The position numbers were made by a program, and so were the translations under genes. From assembly GCA_951406725.2 (NCBI GenBank), contig OX597814.1, positions 47,864,001 through 47,928,000 of the forward strand: a DNA stretch of 64,000 nt, written 5' to 3'. This document shows, piece after piece, positions 25,312 to 37,906 of the stretch. This DNA is from Octopus vulgaris (taxonomy: Eukaryota). The notes below the pieces were generated by a model. It saw only the letters and a list, made by a program, of their open reading frames with translations. It did no database searches and had not been told where the DNA came from. Position 1 is the first letter of the stretch. Each line of letters starts with the position of its first letter.

Positions 25312-25661
25312 CCATTAGTGGGAGAAGTCCGAAACGTGGTCCTTTGCTATTCGTAAGACCCGCAGAAGAGAAAGCAGGTCAGCCCCCGACACCGAGAACA
25401 TCGACGGATGGATAAATGCGCATCCAGGTTCAGCGGTTGCGTAGGAAGTCGGGGACAAGAAACAGGAAGAAAGAGTGAGAGAAAGTTGGAACGAAAGAGT
25501 ACAACAGGGGTCGCCACCACACCCTGCCGGAGCCTTGTGGAGATTTAGGTGTTTTCGCTCAATAAACACACACAACGCCCGGTCTGGGAATCGAAACCGC
25601 GATCCTCCGACCTGTCGGATCCTCCGAGTCTGCTACCCTAACCACTGGGCCATTGCGCCTC
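25312..25661 (-). mobile_element. SINE family C with an alternative 3' region
   Basis: Minus strand GGAGGCGCAATGGCCCAGTGGTTAGGG...GGTTTCGATTCCCAGACCGGGC matches 9547, then diverges after the pyrimidine-rich middle. Confidence 0.82.
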
Positions 25662-27206
25662 CTGCTGCTGCTGTTGCTGTTGCTCATGTTGTTTCTGTTC
25701 AAGAAAGTCAGTTCAGTTCTATGCGAGGTACATGGAACAGCTATACACTTGCTCAAGAGTTCTTAAACAACGCTCTGTATGTTATTATTTTCACTTGTGA
25801 GCACGCATCCGATGTATACATTTCCCTCATTATTGTTTCATAGACGTTGTCTGAGTAATACGGTGCGGCACACATAGAATGCTTTAACTGACCTTATGCT
25901 GCTCTCTCTCCATCCCTCTCGTCATTTAAAATGGACCATGGATATGTCAGCTTTCGAGTAAAAGTTACTAATGGTAGTTACTGTACCATCTGAAGTTGTT
26001 GAAATATTCCTGTATCCCTCATCCTGAAATTCTCGTTGCATTCATCATTGGAGACAGAGGTGAGGTAGGCACGCCATTAGTTTCTATATTCCTTGCTTTT
26101 CAACAATCTTTCGTTAACTGACTGCTAAGTTTGAACTTTCATCCTGAGCGTCGTTTGTAATCGTAAATATTATTTGAACGCAACTTCAGCTCATGAACAA
26201 AAAGGAGTGAATGTTATCAATTTTTCTTTCCCCTGCCAATTTGCCTCGTGTCATTGGGGGCAAAAAGTGGTAATACCACCCAGCCGACTTGGTGAAAAGG
26301 GAGATTCTTGAACATCTTGCGAAAAACAGAATCTGAGAGGGAATGAATGAACTCAAAACATCAAAATTTGCTATTATTTTTTCTGTGGTTTTGAGGTGAG
26401 GTGTTTTGTCTGTCATGAATTTCTGCCATATCACGAAAGAAGTTTCTGCATTATTCTTATTTTCGAGCTCCATGCTTCTTATACCTTCTAGGATATTACT
26501 ACTTGTATTTTTTTTTTTTTTTTGCATAAATGTGAATGTTGATTCTGCTCGTTAATGTTACACAATTTCCATTTTCTTCGGACACAATTTGATTGCAGCT
26601 TTAAATACTTAATCCCAAAATGTACAAAGCTGAGCTATTTTAAATCCCAGTACTTCAGCGTTTTTATGAAGCAGATTGAATAACTTTCATATGCCATTTC
26701 ATAAATATTTTTATATGTCTGATTCGTATCAAAAGAAGGTTTATTTTTTGATAACTTCTGCTCTTACATTATTGACGTCAGTTTCTTATCTCTCATCGTC
26801 CGTACATTGTAATTATTCTGGCTTATATGTGGAGAATTTATTTATCCGTTTGAATATTGCTACAGTCTGTGGTACATAAGTTTTCCTTTTCATGATTATT
26901 TGAGCAGACTACTTGAGAGAACGAAAATTATTCTCTATATTATTCTCTATAGCGTGGCGAATACAAATGTGTGAGCTTCGAATTTAACAATCATTGCCGA
27001 ATCCCTACTGAAGCACCGCATTTGATTAAAATAACTTCATTAAATTTCCAGTTACATTTATTATTGGCTAAAAACAGGAATCAACTGCGAATATATACTT
27101 ACATTTTTAAACAAAAATGTTGGAGCCTAACATTTTTTTTTTTCGTAGGTACACTTTATCACACACACATAACTTTTTCTTTTTGTTTCTTTCTCTCCCT
27201 TTAGCT

Positions 27207-27207
27207 A

Positions 27208-27264
<57 letters not shown>

Positions 27265-27265
27265 G

Positions 27266-27306
<41 letters not shown>

Positions 27307-27310
27307 GCTT
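27207..27310. repeat. (TCTG)n microsatellite
   Basis: Direct reading. Confidence 0.95.
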
Positions 27311-28028
27311 GCATGTATGTATGTGTATGTATATTCATGCATATATGTGCGTGTGCACACACATATACATATATGTGTGCGTGTGTGTATATGTATATGT
27401 TTATTCATACACAGACATTAAAACTATGTTTGTCTCTTTCTATATATATAAAATGATATATATTTGTGAAACAAACAAAACCTGCTTTGGAAACTGTATA
27501 TCTTATGACACTATCGAATATCTGCTAAAACACCAAAGCGGTATTCGCTAACATTGCATGGATATAAAATGTATGCTAAAATTACATATGTCATTACCAT
27601 CCGATGAGAATACCTAAGCATGACTAGCTAAAATTACATCAGCTAACTATGAAGCTCAATAAATCATGAACTATTAATCTATAGAGAATTATAAATTCAA
27701 TCCACGATAAGCAAAAACAGTAGGATAATATTTAACAATAGGTTTATTTACATTCTCCACCGGTCGATAAATCAATGTGACAAGCTAGAGCGACCATAAT
27801 AGATTGTGCATACGATATCAGGCTTCGATTTTGACACCAAGAAAACGATACATACGTAAAATGACGAATACTATAAATAAAATCAAAAGAGTGAATGTCA
27901 CTTAGACAAAGATTTACTATATTGCAAGCCAAGTTCTTAACTGGTATAGAAAGGATGAATGGGAAACTGGGGCCGCAACTTTGAACTCAGGTCATTAAAA
28001 GCTTGCTTCAGTGTGTTCGGTTTGGGGT

Positions 28029-28093
28029 TTAAGTTAGACATGGCCTGGACCAATCTTTGGTCGAAATATATCTAAGTTATCTAAGTTATCTAA
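28029..28093 (+). repeat. Short (~65 bp) dispersed element: stem-loop plus tandem TATCTAAGT tail
   Basis: Near-identical inverted copy at 43811-43873. Confidence 0.75.
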
Positions 28094-29099
28094 TAAGAAA
28101 TTACTATAATGTGACAGAGAGGCGACTCCAGATCATCAGCGTCACTCGGGTTGATCACAGATTTTGCATAAGATACATACTTGCTTGAAGAATTTCACGT
28201 TTCTCCGCTTTATTTCTAGCCCCAAATGGCTTTTTTTTTATATATCTAGATCTATGTCTTTCTCCATTTCTAAGTTTAGGGTAAAAATAAAGCAACCCTG
28301 CAAAACACAACTGATCTTTACACACAGACCCACAGAATAACAGCAATCAAATAACGACAGCGGGGTGCACAACAAACATCAGCGATCATACTGTCGCCTA
28401 TACTCTTGACAAGAGATGCCAATTAGTCTTTTACACCTACCAGGCTCGTTCGTATTAGCCCGAGTCGCTGGATAATTTTTCGTTCCTTTAAGAATATTGT
28501 AGAACGGAAACTTTTCATAGATTTTATAGATTGGAATTTAAATCCTAATCTCTAATTAAATTTATTGTTTCAAGAAAACATTGAATTTGAATTACTTTTA
28601 ATTTTTACGATTGTAGATAACAACTCGCGAGTAATTTCTGAGCCCGAGTCAGGTACGTGTGAACGATGTCAAGAGAACGTCTGCTACGAATGATATTTTT
28701 TGACACCAGGCACCTCTAAGACGACCGCCAAACGCTGAACGAAAATAAATAAACTGCGACCAGGCTCAATAAAAGGAACCCGTGGTATTGGCTTCAATTA
28801 CATACCTGAAGTTAGTGTTGGCAGAAATTAAATCAGCTTGCGTTCACTTTACTAAATTTATACTCGGACTAAGCCGAACACCCTGAGTGCTGGAATCTCC
28901 ACTGATGTGACAAGCTTTTTCATGAAATGTACGGTTAAACATTGTCATATGTTACCTCTCTGGCTCCAGAAGACAAAATGGAAAAGGTGTTGTCCCGAAA
29001 GATGGTAAAGGAAATCCGCTGAAACAACCACTCTGACTCACGGAGCTCACACTTGCGTACAGTTATTTCCGCCTCGATAGTGGTGAGCAGGAATATGGT

Positions 29100-29617
29100 C
29101 CCGGGGCTAAGAACGCAGGAGGTCTCCACTCCACAGGCCCATCCATAAATGTGTCGGAGGGCGACCGATACTTAGCTTGGCCTAGACGCTGCAGGCTTCC
29201 CTTCCCAGCTCGAGCCAGCGAGGCTAGACCGACGAGAGGGTAAAAGGACGGACGGTATGACAGTTTTAAGGTGGCGAGCTGGTACAAACGTTAGCACGCC
29301 GGGCGAAATGCTCAGCAGTATTTCGTCTGTCGCTACGTTCTGAGTTCAAATTCCGCCGAGGTTGACTTTGCCTTTCATCCTTTCGGGGTCGATTAAATAA
29401 GTACCAGTTACGCACTGGATTCGATGTAATCGACTTAATCCGTGTGTCTGTCCTTGTTTGTCCCCTCTGTGTTTTGCCCCTTGTGGGTAATAAAGAAATA
29501 GGTATGACAGTTTTCCCGTTCTGTGGTGGCACGTCCCTCATCTGGACTGTTACATGCTGTGACACCTTCTCTAGCAGCAACTTAGTGCGGTCAGCTACCT
29601 GCCCCGGCTCCGCTGTC
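29100..29617 (+). mobile_element. CRE-clade-like non-LTR retrotransposon endonuclease remnant, interrupted by SINE B
   Basis: LEPARLDRREGKRTDGMTVFPF..G.SLIWTVTCCDTFS...GSA resembles the EPxGLxRxDGKRPDG...WDxTCxDT RLE motif. Confidence 0.72.
29268..29500 (+). mobile_element. SINE family B monomer
   Basis: 14-bp TSD GGTATGACAGTTTT at 29254-29267 and 29501-29514. Confidence 0.92.
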
Positions 29618-30329
29618 CATTAAAAACTGAGTGAATATTGCAGGATATTTTGTCCGACACTATAACAATTTTGCTAACCCAACACACTGAATTTGAAAAA
29701 TTTATTAAATGTATTAAGGTTTTAATATTATATGAACTCTACATTTATTTTGTTAAAAACTTTATTTTATATTTAGATTTCAAAAATAATTTTAATACAC
29801 CATTTCGTAGGAGGCGTCGTAAATTCGCAACTTCAATATTGTTTTTTGTTAATATAAGCGGCTTATCTACAAAAATAATCGCACCGAATTAAAAAAAAAA
29901 AGAATCCAGGCGAATATTATACGTAATGTTTTGAGAGGTTCACGTAAATATTTATTTGCACTGGAACTAAATTAATTCACCGCGCTCTTCTGGACGGGAT
30001 CAAAGTCATCAAGAAAATTAATTACAACTTTAAAGGATTCTTTTTCTTTTAATTCTTATTTTCTTTTTTTCTTTTTTATTCTACCGATGAGTAAATTAAA
30101 TGGAGAGAGAGCTGAACGGGATTTCTTCGTTACATATGCTTAAAGTAAATATGAAGTAGCGTCTATATGTGTGCGTCGTGTGTATGTGTGTGTGTGTGTG
30201 TGTGCGTGTATATGTGTTCGTATGTCTACATGTTTATACGTGTGAGTGTGATGTGTGTGTGAGTGTGGATGTGCATGTATGTGTACGTGTGTACATCATG
30301 AACACATTAACATACCTGCGTGCAACGCA

Positions 30330-30850
30330 CATACGTATATGAACATGTATATATGAATTATATGCGTGTGTATGTATATATGCATGTATGCATTTATATA
30401 TACGTGTGTGCATATTTTATATATATATATGTATGTATGTATGTATGCATGCATGTATGTATGTATATATGCATGTATGCATTTATATATACGTGTGTGT
30501 ATATAATATTTATATATGTATGCATGTATGTATGTATATATGCATGTATGCATTTATATATACGTGTGTGTATATAATATATATATGTATGTATGTATGT
30601 ATGCACGCACACACACATATAGGAAATATACATGTGTGTATGATATATACATATGTATGTCAATATTCAGTTTTATTTCAAGATTTCTTGCCAATAGAGA
30701 AAGAGCCAGTTTCTAAACTAAATCCAAGTCCCCATCATTGGAATTTCAGCAACATCAACAGGGTATGTATGTATGTATGTATGTATGTATGTATGTATGT
30801 ATGTATGTATGTATGTATGTATGTATGTATGTATGTATGTATGCATGCTT
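30330..30850. repeat. Degenerate (TATG)-based tandem and microsatellite region
   Basis: Repeated ATGCATGTATGCATTTATATATACGTGTGTG units and a (TATG)n run. Confidence 0.85.
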
Positions 30851-30932
30851 GCATACGTGCAGATTTGTATGTTTGGTCGTATGTATGTCTTCTCATGCAT
30901 ATATTTACATTTCTAGACATGCTCATATATAC

Positions 30933-31260
30933 TTAAGTGATAAACTTCTGGAAATTTTTACAGATTTTTACAGTTGCAGCAATGGCTTGGATGTGTAGTC
31001 TTCTAATCAGCTTTCTCCTTTCTGGTTTTGAGAAGCCAAATTTCTCAAGACAGGTACTTAGGCAGTGTGTTGTTACATCTCCCAGTGCTCCAGTAATTAC
31101 AGATATAAACACAGAATCACTGGCACAGTGTTTGCAGGATTTGCTTCCGTTCCGGAAGTGGTGAAGCGCTTGCGCAATTACAAAACTACGTAGAATCATA
31201 AAAATGATCGGATCATATAAGGAAATTACTTCCAATCTTCTCCACATGAACTCCAAGGCG
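30933..31260 (-). mobile_element. 3' end of an RLE-type (R2/NeSL-like) non-LTR retrotransposon
   Basis: VITGALG...LEKFGFSK...LIRRL...TVKICKNF resembles the C-terminus of RLE ORFs. Confidence 0.6.
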
Positions 31261-31989
31261 GGTTATTATAAATCAAACATCACAAAGGATGGAGTCCGTT
31301 AAATTCATCGTCGGTTATTAGCCGTGTATGCATCAAGTAAAATTTAACATCGTGAGCAAAAGCATCGTTTTTTTCTTTCTGTTGAGTAAATACATCACTA
31401 AATATTATTTAAAGTATTAATTCTTCCATACATTAAATGTTATTTAGATATTATATAAAGTATTAAAAAGTAAACACGTCATGTTAAGATTAACTATATT
31501 CGAAATATAATTCTCAGCATCATGTGTGTTTATATGTATGCGGATTTTTCTCTGCAAAATGTAAATATCAGCGAAACAATCTTTTGAATTTTACTGAAAA
31601 AGTATTCGACTTGCCAGATTTATTGAAGTTAAATGTCACAGACAACAATAACAAGCCGTGTAATTTTGATCGTTGTATATATAACTTTCGATAGGTAAAA
31701 AGCGTAGCTATAGTTGTCGTATGCTAAGAAAACTTCTGAAAATAATACGAATTGATTAAGTGAACATAGAAATTTTTGTATATTAATTTTGTAAATTTTA
31801 TATTAATCTTTGACAGACAAGTAGATGTACTGAAGTGAGATGGTAGCGATATTGATAAAAACCCGAGTAATATTGAACATGTCCGTGTATTCAGAAAACT
31901 TAAGAGCATTGTTTCCTTTGGTTTTTACACACACACATACACGCGCGCGCGTACAGATACTTCAGCAATGTAACCACACAGACATACGC

Positions 31990-32179
31990 TGCTGGTGATG
32001 TCTTTTCCTTCTTTGGACTTTCCCCTTTCTCCTTTCCGACGAAGAGCTATGCCCGAAACGTTGAATTCTCTCTGTTCACCGAGCGTTAGGCTAATATATT
32101 CCTTGTGCACGTCCTCTTGTTGTCCGTTAATTTTATTATTCGTTTGTTTTTTTTTCTAGTTGATTGTTTATTTGAATTG

Positions 32180-32180
<1 letters not shown>
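31990..32180 (+). mobile_element. Penelope-type pLTR remnant with a hammerhead-like motif (32033-32065)
   Basis: UUU-CCGACGA-A-GAGC-UAU-GCCC-GAAA-CGUU-GAA, followed by CCGAGCGTTA..CTAATA as in 56440-56600. Confidence 0.55.
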
Positions 32181-32249
<69 letters not shown>

Positions 32250-32269
32250 TGTGTGTGTGTATAGATATC

Positions 32270-32470
32270 AAATTTTGATACAAAGCCAGCAATTTCAGGG
32301 GAGGGTAAATCAATTACTTTCGATTCCAGTGCTCAGCTTGTACTTATTTTATAATCCGAAAAGATGAAAAGCAAAGTCGACCTCATTTGAGTTTGAACCC
32401 AGAACCTAAATACGGACGAAATGCTGCTATGCATTTTGTCCGGCGTGCTAACTATTCTGCCAGTTCACCT
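32270..32470 (-). mobile_element. SINE family B, diverged
   Basis: GATGAAAAGCAAAGTCGACC core and CGGCGTGCTAAC. Confidence 0.75.
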
Positions 32471-32492
32471 TACACGTACACGGACACTCGCG

Positions 32493-32542
<50 letters not shown>

Positions 32543-32613
32543 CATACATACATACATATATACATACATACATACATACATACATACATACATACATACA
32601 TACATACATACAT

Positions 32614-33002
32614 AGGCGCAGGAGTGGCTATGTGGTAGGAAGCATGCTTCACAACCACATGGCTCCGGATTCACTCCCACTGTATGGCACCTTGGGTAAG
32701 TGTCTTCTACTATAGCCACGGACCGACCAAAGCCTTGTGAGTGCATTTGGTGGACGGAAACTGAAAGAAACCCGTCGTATATATATGGATTTTTGTGTGT
32801 TTGTGTTTGTCCTCCCACTATCGCTTGACAACCGATGTTGGTGTGTTACGTCCCTGTAACTTTGCAGTTCGGCAACAGATACCGATAGAATAAGTACTAG
32901 GCTTACAAAGAATAGGTCCTGGGGTCGATTTGTTCGACTAAAGGCGGTGCTCCAGTATGGCCACACTCAAAATTACTGAAACAAGTAAAAGAATAAAAGA
33001 AT
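32614..33002 (+). mobile_element. SINE family A, full length
   Basis: Head, body and tail match 18121-18541. Confidence 0.9.
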
Positions 33003-33038
33003 ATACATACATATATATAAATATATATATATATATAT

Positions 33039-33128
<90 letters not shown>

Positions 33129-33130
<2 letters not shown>

Positions 33131-35939
33131 TTATTATAAAAGGCAGATTTTATCTGCCTCCCTTTGTCACTTATAGAAATCTACAATATAGGATTTCTTC
33201 AATTACAATTTACCTAGCATTTTTAAGAGTAGAATGCATCGGGTCATGCCAGGTCCAGTTTTTAAAATTTAAACTCCAATTAAGCAAAATTTACAGAAAA
33301 CTCACATTCTGGTGTGTGTGTCAAATGCTTTTCTTAGTCTGGTTTACACCACACGCAAACGCACACACACAGTGTGCAACGAATAAAATGAAAGTAAATA
33401 GCGACAGAGTGATTTGAGGAAGACTAAACTGAAAGTATTTAAACCACTACTCAAAAAATAACAAAAACACAGCAAACAGAAACAAATAAATATATAACGA
33501 TTTACTCCTCACACAATTTCTTCAATTAGAATTTACCTAAGATTTTTCAAAGTACTCCATTCGCTCATGCCATAATATATTTCTTCCAATTTCACCCCCA
33601 ATTAAGACAAAATTCGAGAAAACTCAATCTTTTAACATTTCACTCCGAAAGCATTGATGTACATGTGTGCGTGCGTGAGTGTGTGTGTGTCATTCCTCAC
33701 ACACACGCATACACATACATATACAACTACATACAACTACATACACATACAACTACATACACATACAACTACATACAAACACGTGTGTGTTTGTTATTAA
33801 AAAAGGCGCCAAAATACGACTCACTTATCATTCCAACACATTTGCAAAGACACACGGACGGACAGAAAAGGTAAATTGGTTTTTATTTTACTCTGTATAT
33901 ATTTTATTATATAATATTATATATAGATATATGTATATATAATTGCAGTATGAAACAGTGTTTATTTATAAACAGACGACACTTATATATAGTTATTATA
34001 ATAAGAGATTAATAAATGTATGCATCCGTTTAACCCTTTCGTTACCAAGCCGCCCGAATTTACCTATTCATATTTAAATGAGAATATCAGAGCAAATCTC
34101 TTTAGTACATTCGTGAAAACACGTATTATACTTCGTAAACACTTCAACTACAGTTTTGTACAAAAATCGAAGTGTAATTTTAATTCCGTGAATTATGGGA
34201 GATTTTTTTTCGAAATTTGTTCCTATTGTGTTTTCAAAATTTGTAATTCTGACAAAAAATGGATACGAATTTCATTATATCAAGCAGCGAGTCAGAATTC
34301 GAAGGATTTTCTACTCTATGACTGAAAAAAAAAAGCATCTTTATATAAGAGTGAAGTTGTGTGTCTGTCTACTACGATTTAGATTCCTAACTACTCCCAC
34401 ATTTTGCGGTGCAGTTTAACCAAAAGCGGGTATCTTATAGTCGTGATTCATATCGAGCCCTTCTGGGTATTAGCGTGCGTCTACAATGAGTCTACGATTT
34501 AAAAAAAATTTACCATCATATTTTTCCATTTTAATGCATTTTTTTCGCTTTTATATAAGGGAAGTAACTCTCTAAAAATATCGACGATGTGTCAACGATT
34601 TAAAAAAAATTTACCTTAATTTTTTTTCAATTTTTAATGCATTTTTTTGCTATTTTTTGGCTATAACTCTCTAAAAATGCTTATATAGTTATTTCCCTTA
34701 CAACCCGAGCAACGCCGGGCGATACTGTTAGTCTCTTATTATAAAAGGCAGATTTTATCTGCCTCCCTTTGTCACTTATAGAAATCTACAATATAGGATT
34801 TCTTCAATTACAATTTACCTAGCATTTTTAAGAGTAGAATGCATCGGGTCATGCCAGGTCCAGTTTTTAAAATTTAAACTCCAATTAAGCAAAATTTACA
34901 GAAAACTCACATTCTGGTGTGTATGTCAAAATGCTTTTCTAAGTCTGGTTTACAACACACGCAAACGCACACACACAGTGTGCAACGAATAAAGTGAAAC
35001 TAGATGTAATATTTGTTTCTGTCTATCACGCTGATAGATACATGAGTAAAATGTATAGCAAGCTAAGAGATAAGAGTGAGTGAAAATGTTCTTGGAAGAG
35101 AGTAAATAGCGACAGAGTGATTTGAGGAAGACTAAACTGAAAGTATGAAACAGTGTTTATGTATAAACAGACGACACTTGACACTTATATATAGTTATTA
35201 ATAAATGTATGCATCCGTTTAACCCTTTCGTTACCAAACCGCCCGAATTTACCTATTCATATTTAAATGAGAATATCAGAGTAAATCTCTTTAGTACATT
35301 CGTGAAAACACGTATTATACTTCGTAAACACTTCAACTACAGTTTTGTACAAAAATCGAAGTGTAATTTTAATTCCGTGAATTATGGGAGATTTTTTTCG
35401 AAATTTGTTCCTATTGTGTTTTCAAAATTTGTAATTCTGACAAAAAATGGATACGAATTTCATTATATCAAGCAGCGAGTCAGAATTCGAAGGATTTTCT
35501 ACTGAAGACCTTCATAAATCTAACTCTATGACTGAAAAAAAAAGCATCTTTATATAAGAGTGAAGTTGTGTGTCTGTCTCCTACGATTTAGATTCGTAAC
35601 TACTCCCACATTTTGCGGTGCAGTTTAACCAAAAGCGGGTATCTTATAGTCGTGATTCATATCGAGCCCTTCTGGGTATTAGCGCGCGTCTACGATGAGT
35701 CTACGATTTAAAAAAATTTACCATCATATTTTTCCATTTTAATGCATTTTTTCGCTTTTATATAAGGGAAGTAACTCTCTAAAAATATCTACGATGTGTC
35801 AACGATTTAAAAAAAAAATTACCTTAATTTTTTTTCAATTTTTAATGCATTTTTTTGCTATTTTTTGGCTATAACTCTCTAAAAATGCTTATATAGTTAT
35901 TTCCATTACAATCCGAGCAACGCCGGGCGATACTGCTAG
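33129..35939 (+). mobile_element. Two tandem non-autonomous composite Helitrons (33129-34731, 34732-35939) in a (TA)n tract
   Basis: Each starts TC(TC)TTATTATAAAAGGCAG and ends with hairpin (C/T)CCG-AGCAACGC-CGGG followed by (C/T)TAG|T. No TSD. Confidence 0.85.
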
Positions 35940-35979
35940 TATATATATATATATATATATATACACGTAAGCACATAAA

Positions 35980-36118
35980 TGCTAAACAAGGTGGAAAAAA
36001 TAGTACTTGAATACCGGAAGTAGAGTAATATGCTTTTTTTTATTATTATTAAAACTGCAAAAGCATCATCAAAATCCGGTACTCAGAGTTTCACGTTCTC
36101 ATTCGTCGGGCAGTTGTG
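35980..36118 (-). mobile_element. Penelope-type pLTR remnant with a hammerhead-like motif (36079-36110)
   Basis: Minus: CCGACGA-AUG-AGAA-CGU-GAAA-CUC-U-GAG-U-A. Confidence 0.5.
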
Positions 36119-36171
<53 letters not shown>

Positions 36172-36494
36172 CATATAACATTAAATTAAAGGATTACTGA
36201 ATACATTTGGTAGAGTACAAATTTATTATTATTTAAGAAGAAGAATTTTGACAGTGACTTCGAAATTTCGGCCAGCTAAAACAGCTTAGCTGTTCTTAAT
36301 TTTCTCATCAGTCCAGCTATCATTTATTTGGTAGTTGATCATTTTCCTATAAGATATAAATAACTACATTACATATATTTTAAAAAAATAAATACACCCA
36401 TTTTAGTTTGCTATAAGTAGCACAGATATATAACTGCCTGCACATGATCTGATGCAAATCAACTAGCTATTTTTTCATTTCTGCGCAGAATATT

Positions 36495-37067
36495 CTTTTC
36501 TACTCTTGGCACAAGGCCCCAAATTTTTGAAGAGGGAGGGGGGCAGTCGATTAGATTGACCCCAGTACGCAAGTTGGCATTTAATTTATCGACCCCGAAA
36601 GGCAAAGTCAACGTCGGCGGAATTTGAACTCAGAACATGAAGACAGACGAAATACGTATTTCTGTACTACCCACTAGGAGCTAACCACAGAGGGGAGAAA
36701 CAAGGACAGACAAACGGATTAAGTCGATTATATCGATCTCAGTGCGTAACTGGTACTTATTAAATCGACCCCGGAAGGATGAAAGGCAAAGTCGACCTGC
36801 GCGGAATTTGAACTCAGAACGTAGCGGCAAACGAAATACCTATTTCTTTACTACCCACAAGGGGCTAAACACATAGAGGACAAACAAGGACAGACAAACG
36901 GATTAAGTCGATTAGATCGACCCCAGTGCGTAACTGGTACTTAATTTATCGACCCCGAAAGGATGAAAGGCAAAGTCGACCTCGGCGGAATTTGAACTCA
37001 GAACGTAACGGCAGACGAAATACCTATTTCACCCGGCGTGCTAACGTTTCTGCCAGCTCGCCGCCTT
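36495..37067 (-). mobile_element. SINE family B trimer
   Basis: Three B-box/core units. 18-bp TSD ATTT(C/A)TGCGCAGAATATT at 36477-36494 and 37068-37085. Confidence 0.9.
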
Positions 37068-37473
37068 ATTTATGCGCAGAATATTAAAAACTGTTAGGCA
37101 TTTAGTCATGCTATCTCTTAAAATCGTATTACAAATCAAAGAAAAATTAACTTTAGATATTATTTTTGTTCATGAAAATCTCAAAATAAGTAATTCATAC
37201 CAGAAAGTACTTTACATGTGATTTCGACTTAAAGTTGATATGTATCCATCCTTCAGAAGCACGATAGTATTGTTCAATAAATGTTCAAAATTGCGGGAAA
37301 ACATTTAGTAAAACACGTGTAAAAATTTATGGAGACTGAATTAAAAAAAAATTAAACTTCAATTTCTCTACACCACTTCATAAGTTTCCGATGTGTGTAC
37401 ATTCCACATTTTTAATACTTAAGATTCATACGATATGATCATAAGCTTTGATTAAGAGAAAAAATCTGCTTTA

Positions 37474-37906
37474 GGATCTTTTCGGTTTGAACGGCAGTTT
37501 TTTCTAGCGGTGTCATATGAAATTGTCACCCATAATTATGACCCTAGTATCGATCTATTGCATTTCAATCTGTTTTAGGGTTACGGTTAGTTAGGGTTAG
37601 GGTTAGGGGTAGGGGTAGGGGGAAGGTATCTTTTTTTCTTCACAAATGTAAATAAACCCAATCTGTTAAACGAGGGACATATTCATACGGCACAGAATGT
37701 TTTCACCTCAATAGACGTCATTGATTGATTGAAATTGCAGAAATTGAAGAAAAACAACAACAAATATCTTACAAACTATAAATTTTCTCAAAAAAGCCAA
37801 AAGAAAAAGATGTTTTATAAACACATTCTACCAGTATACGAAGTTTAAAAGTGTTTAGTTACGTGGAAATTATATTAAAAAACTGCCGTTCAAACCGAAA
37901 AGATCC
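37474..37906. mobile_element. MITE (GGATC termini, 8-bp TSD, Merlin-like) with an internal TTAGGG tract
   Basis: TIR GGATCTTTTCGGTTTGAACGGCAGTT. TSD (C/A)TGCTTTA. TTAGGG repeats at about 37575-37622. Confidence 0.9.

Noticed and set aside
37575-37622. True telomere or chromosome-fusion scar
   Set aside because: The short TTAGGG tract lies inside a TIR/TSD-bounded MITE that recurs in the window.
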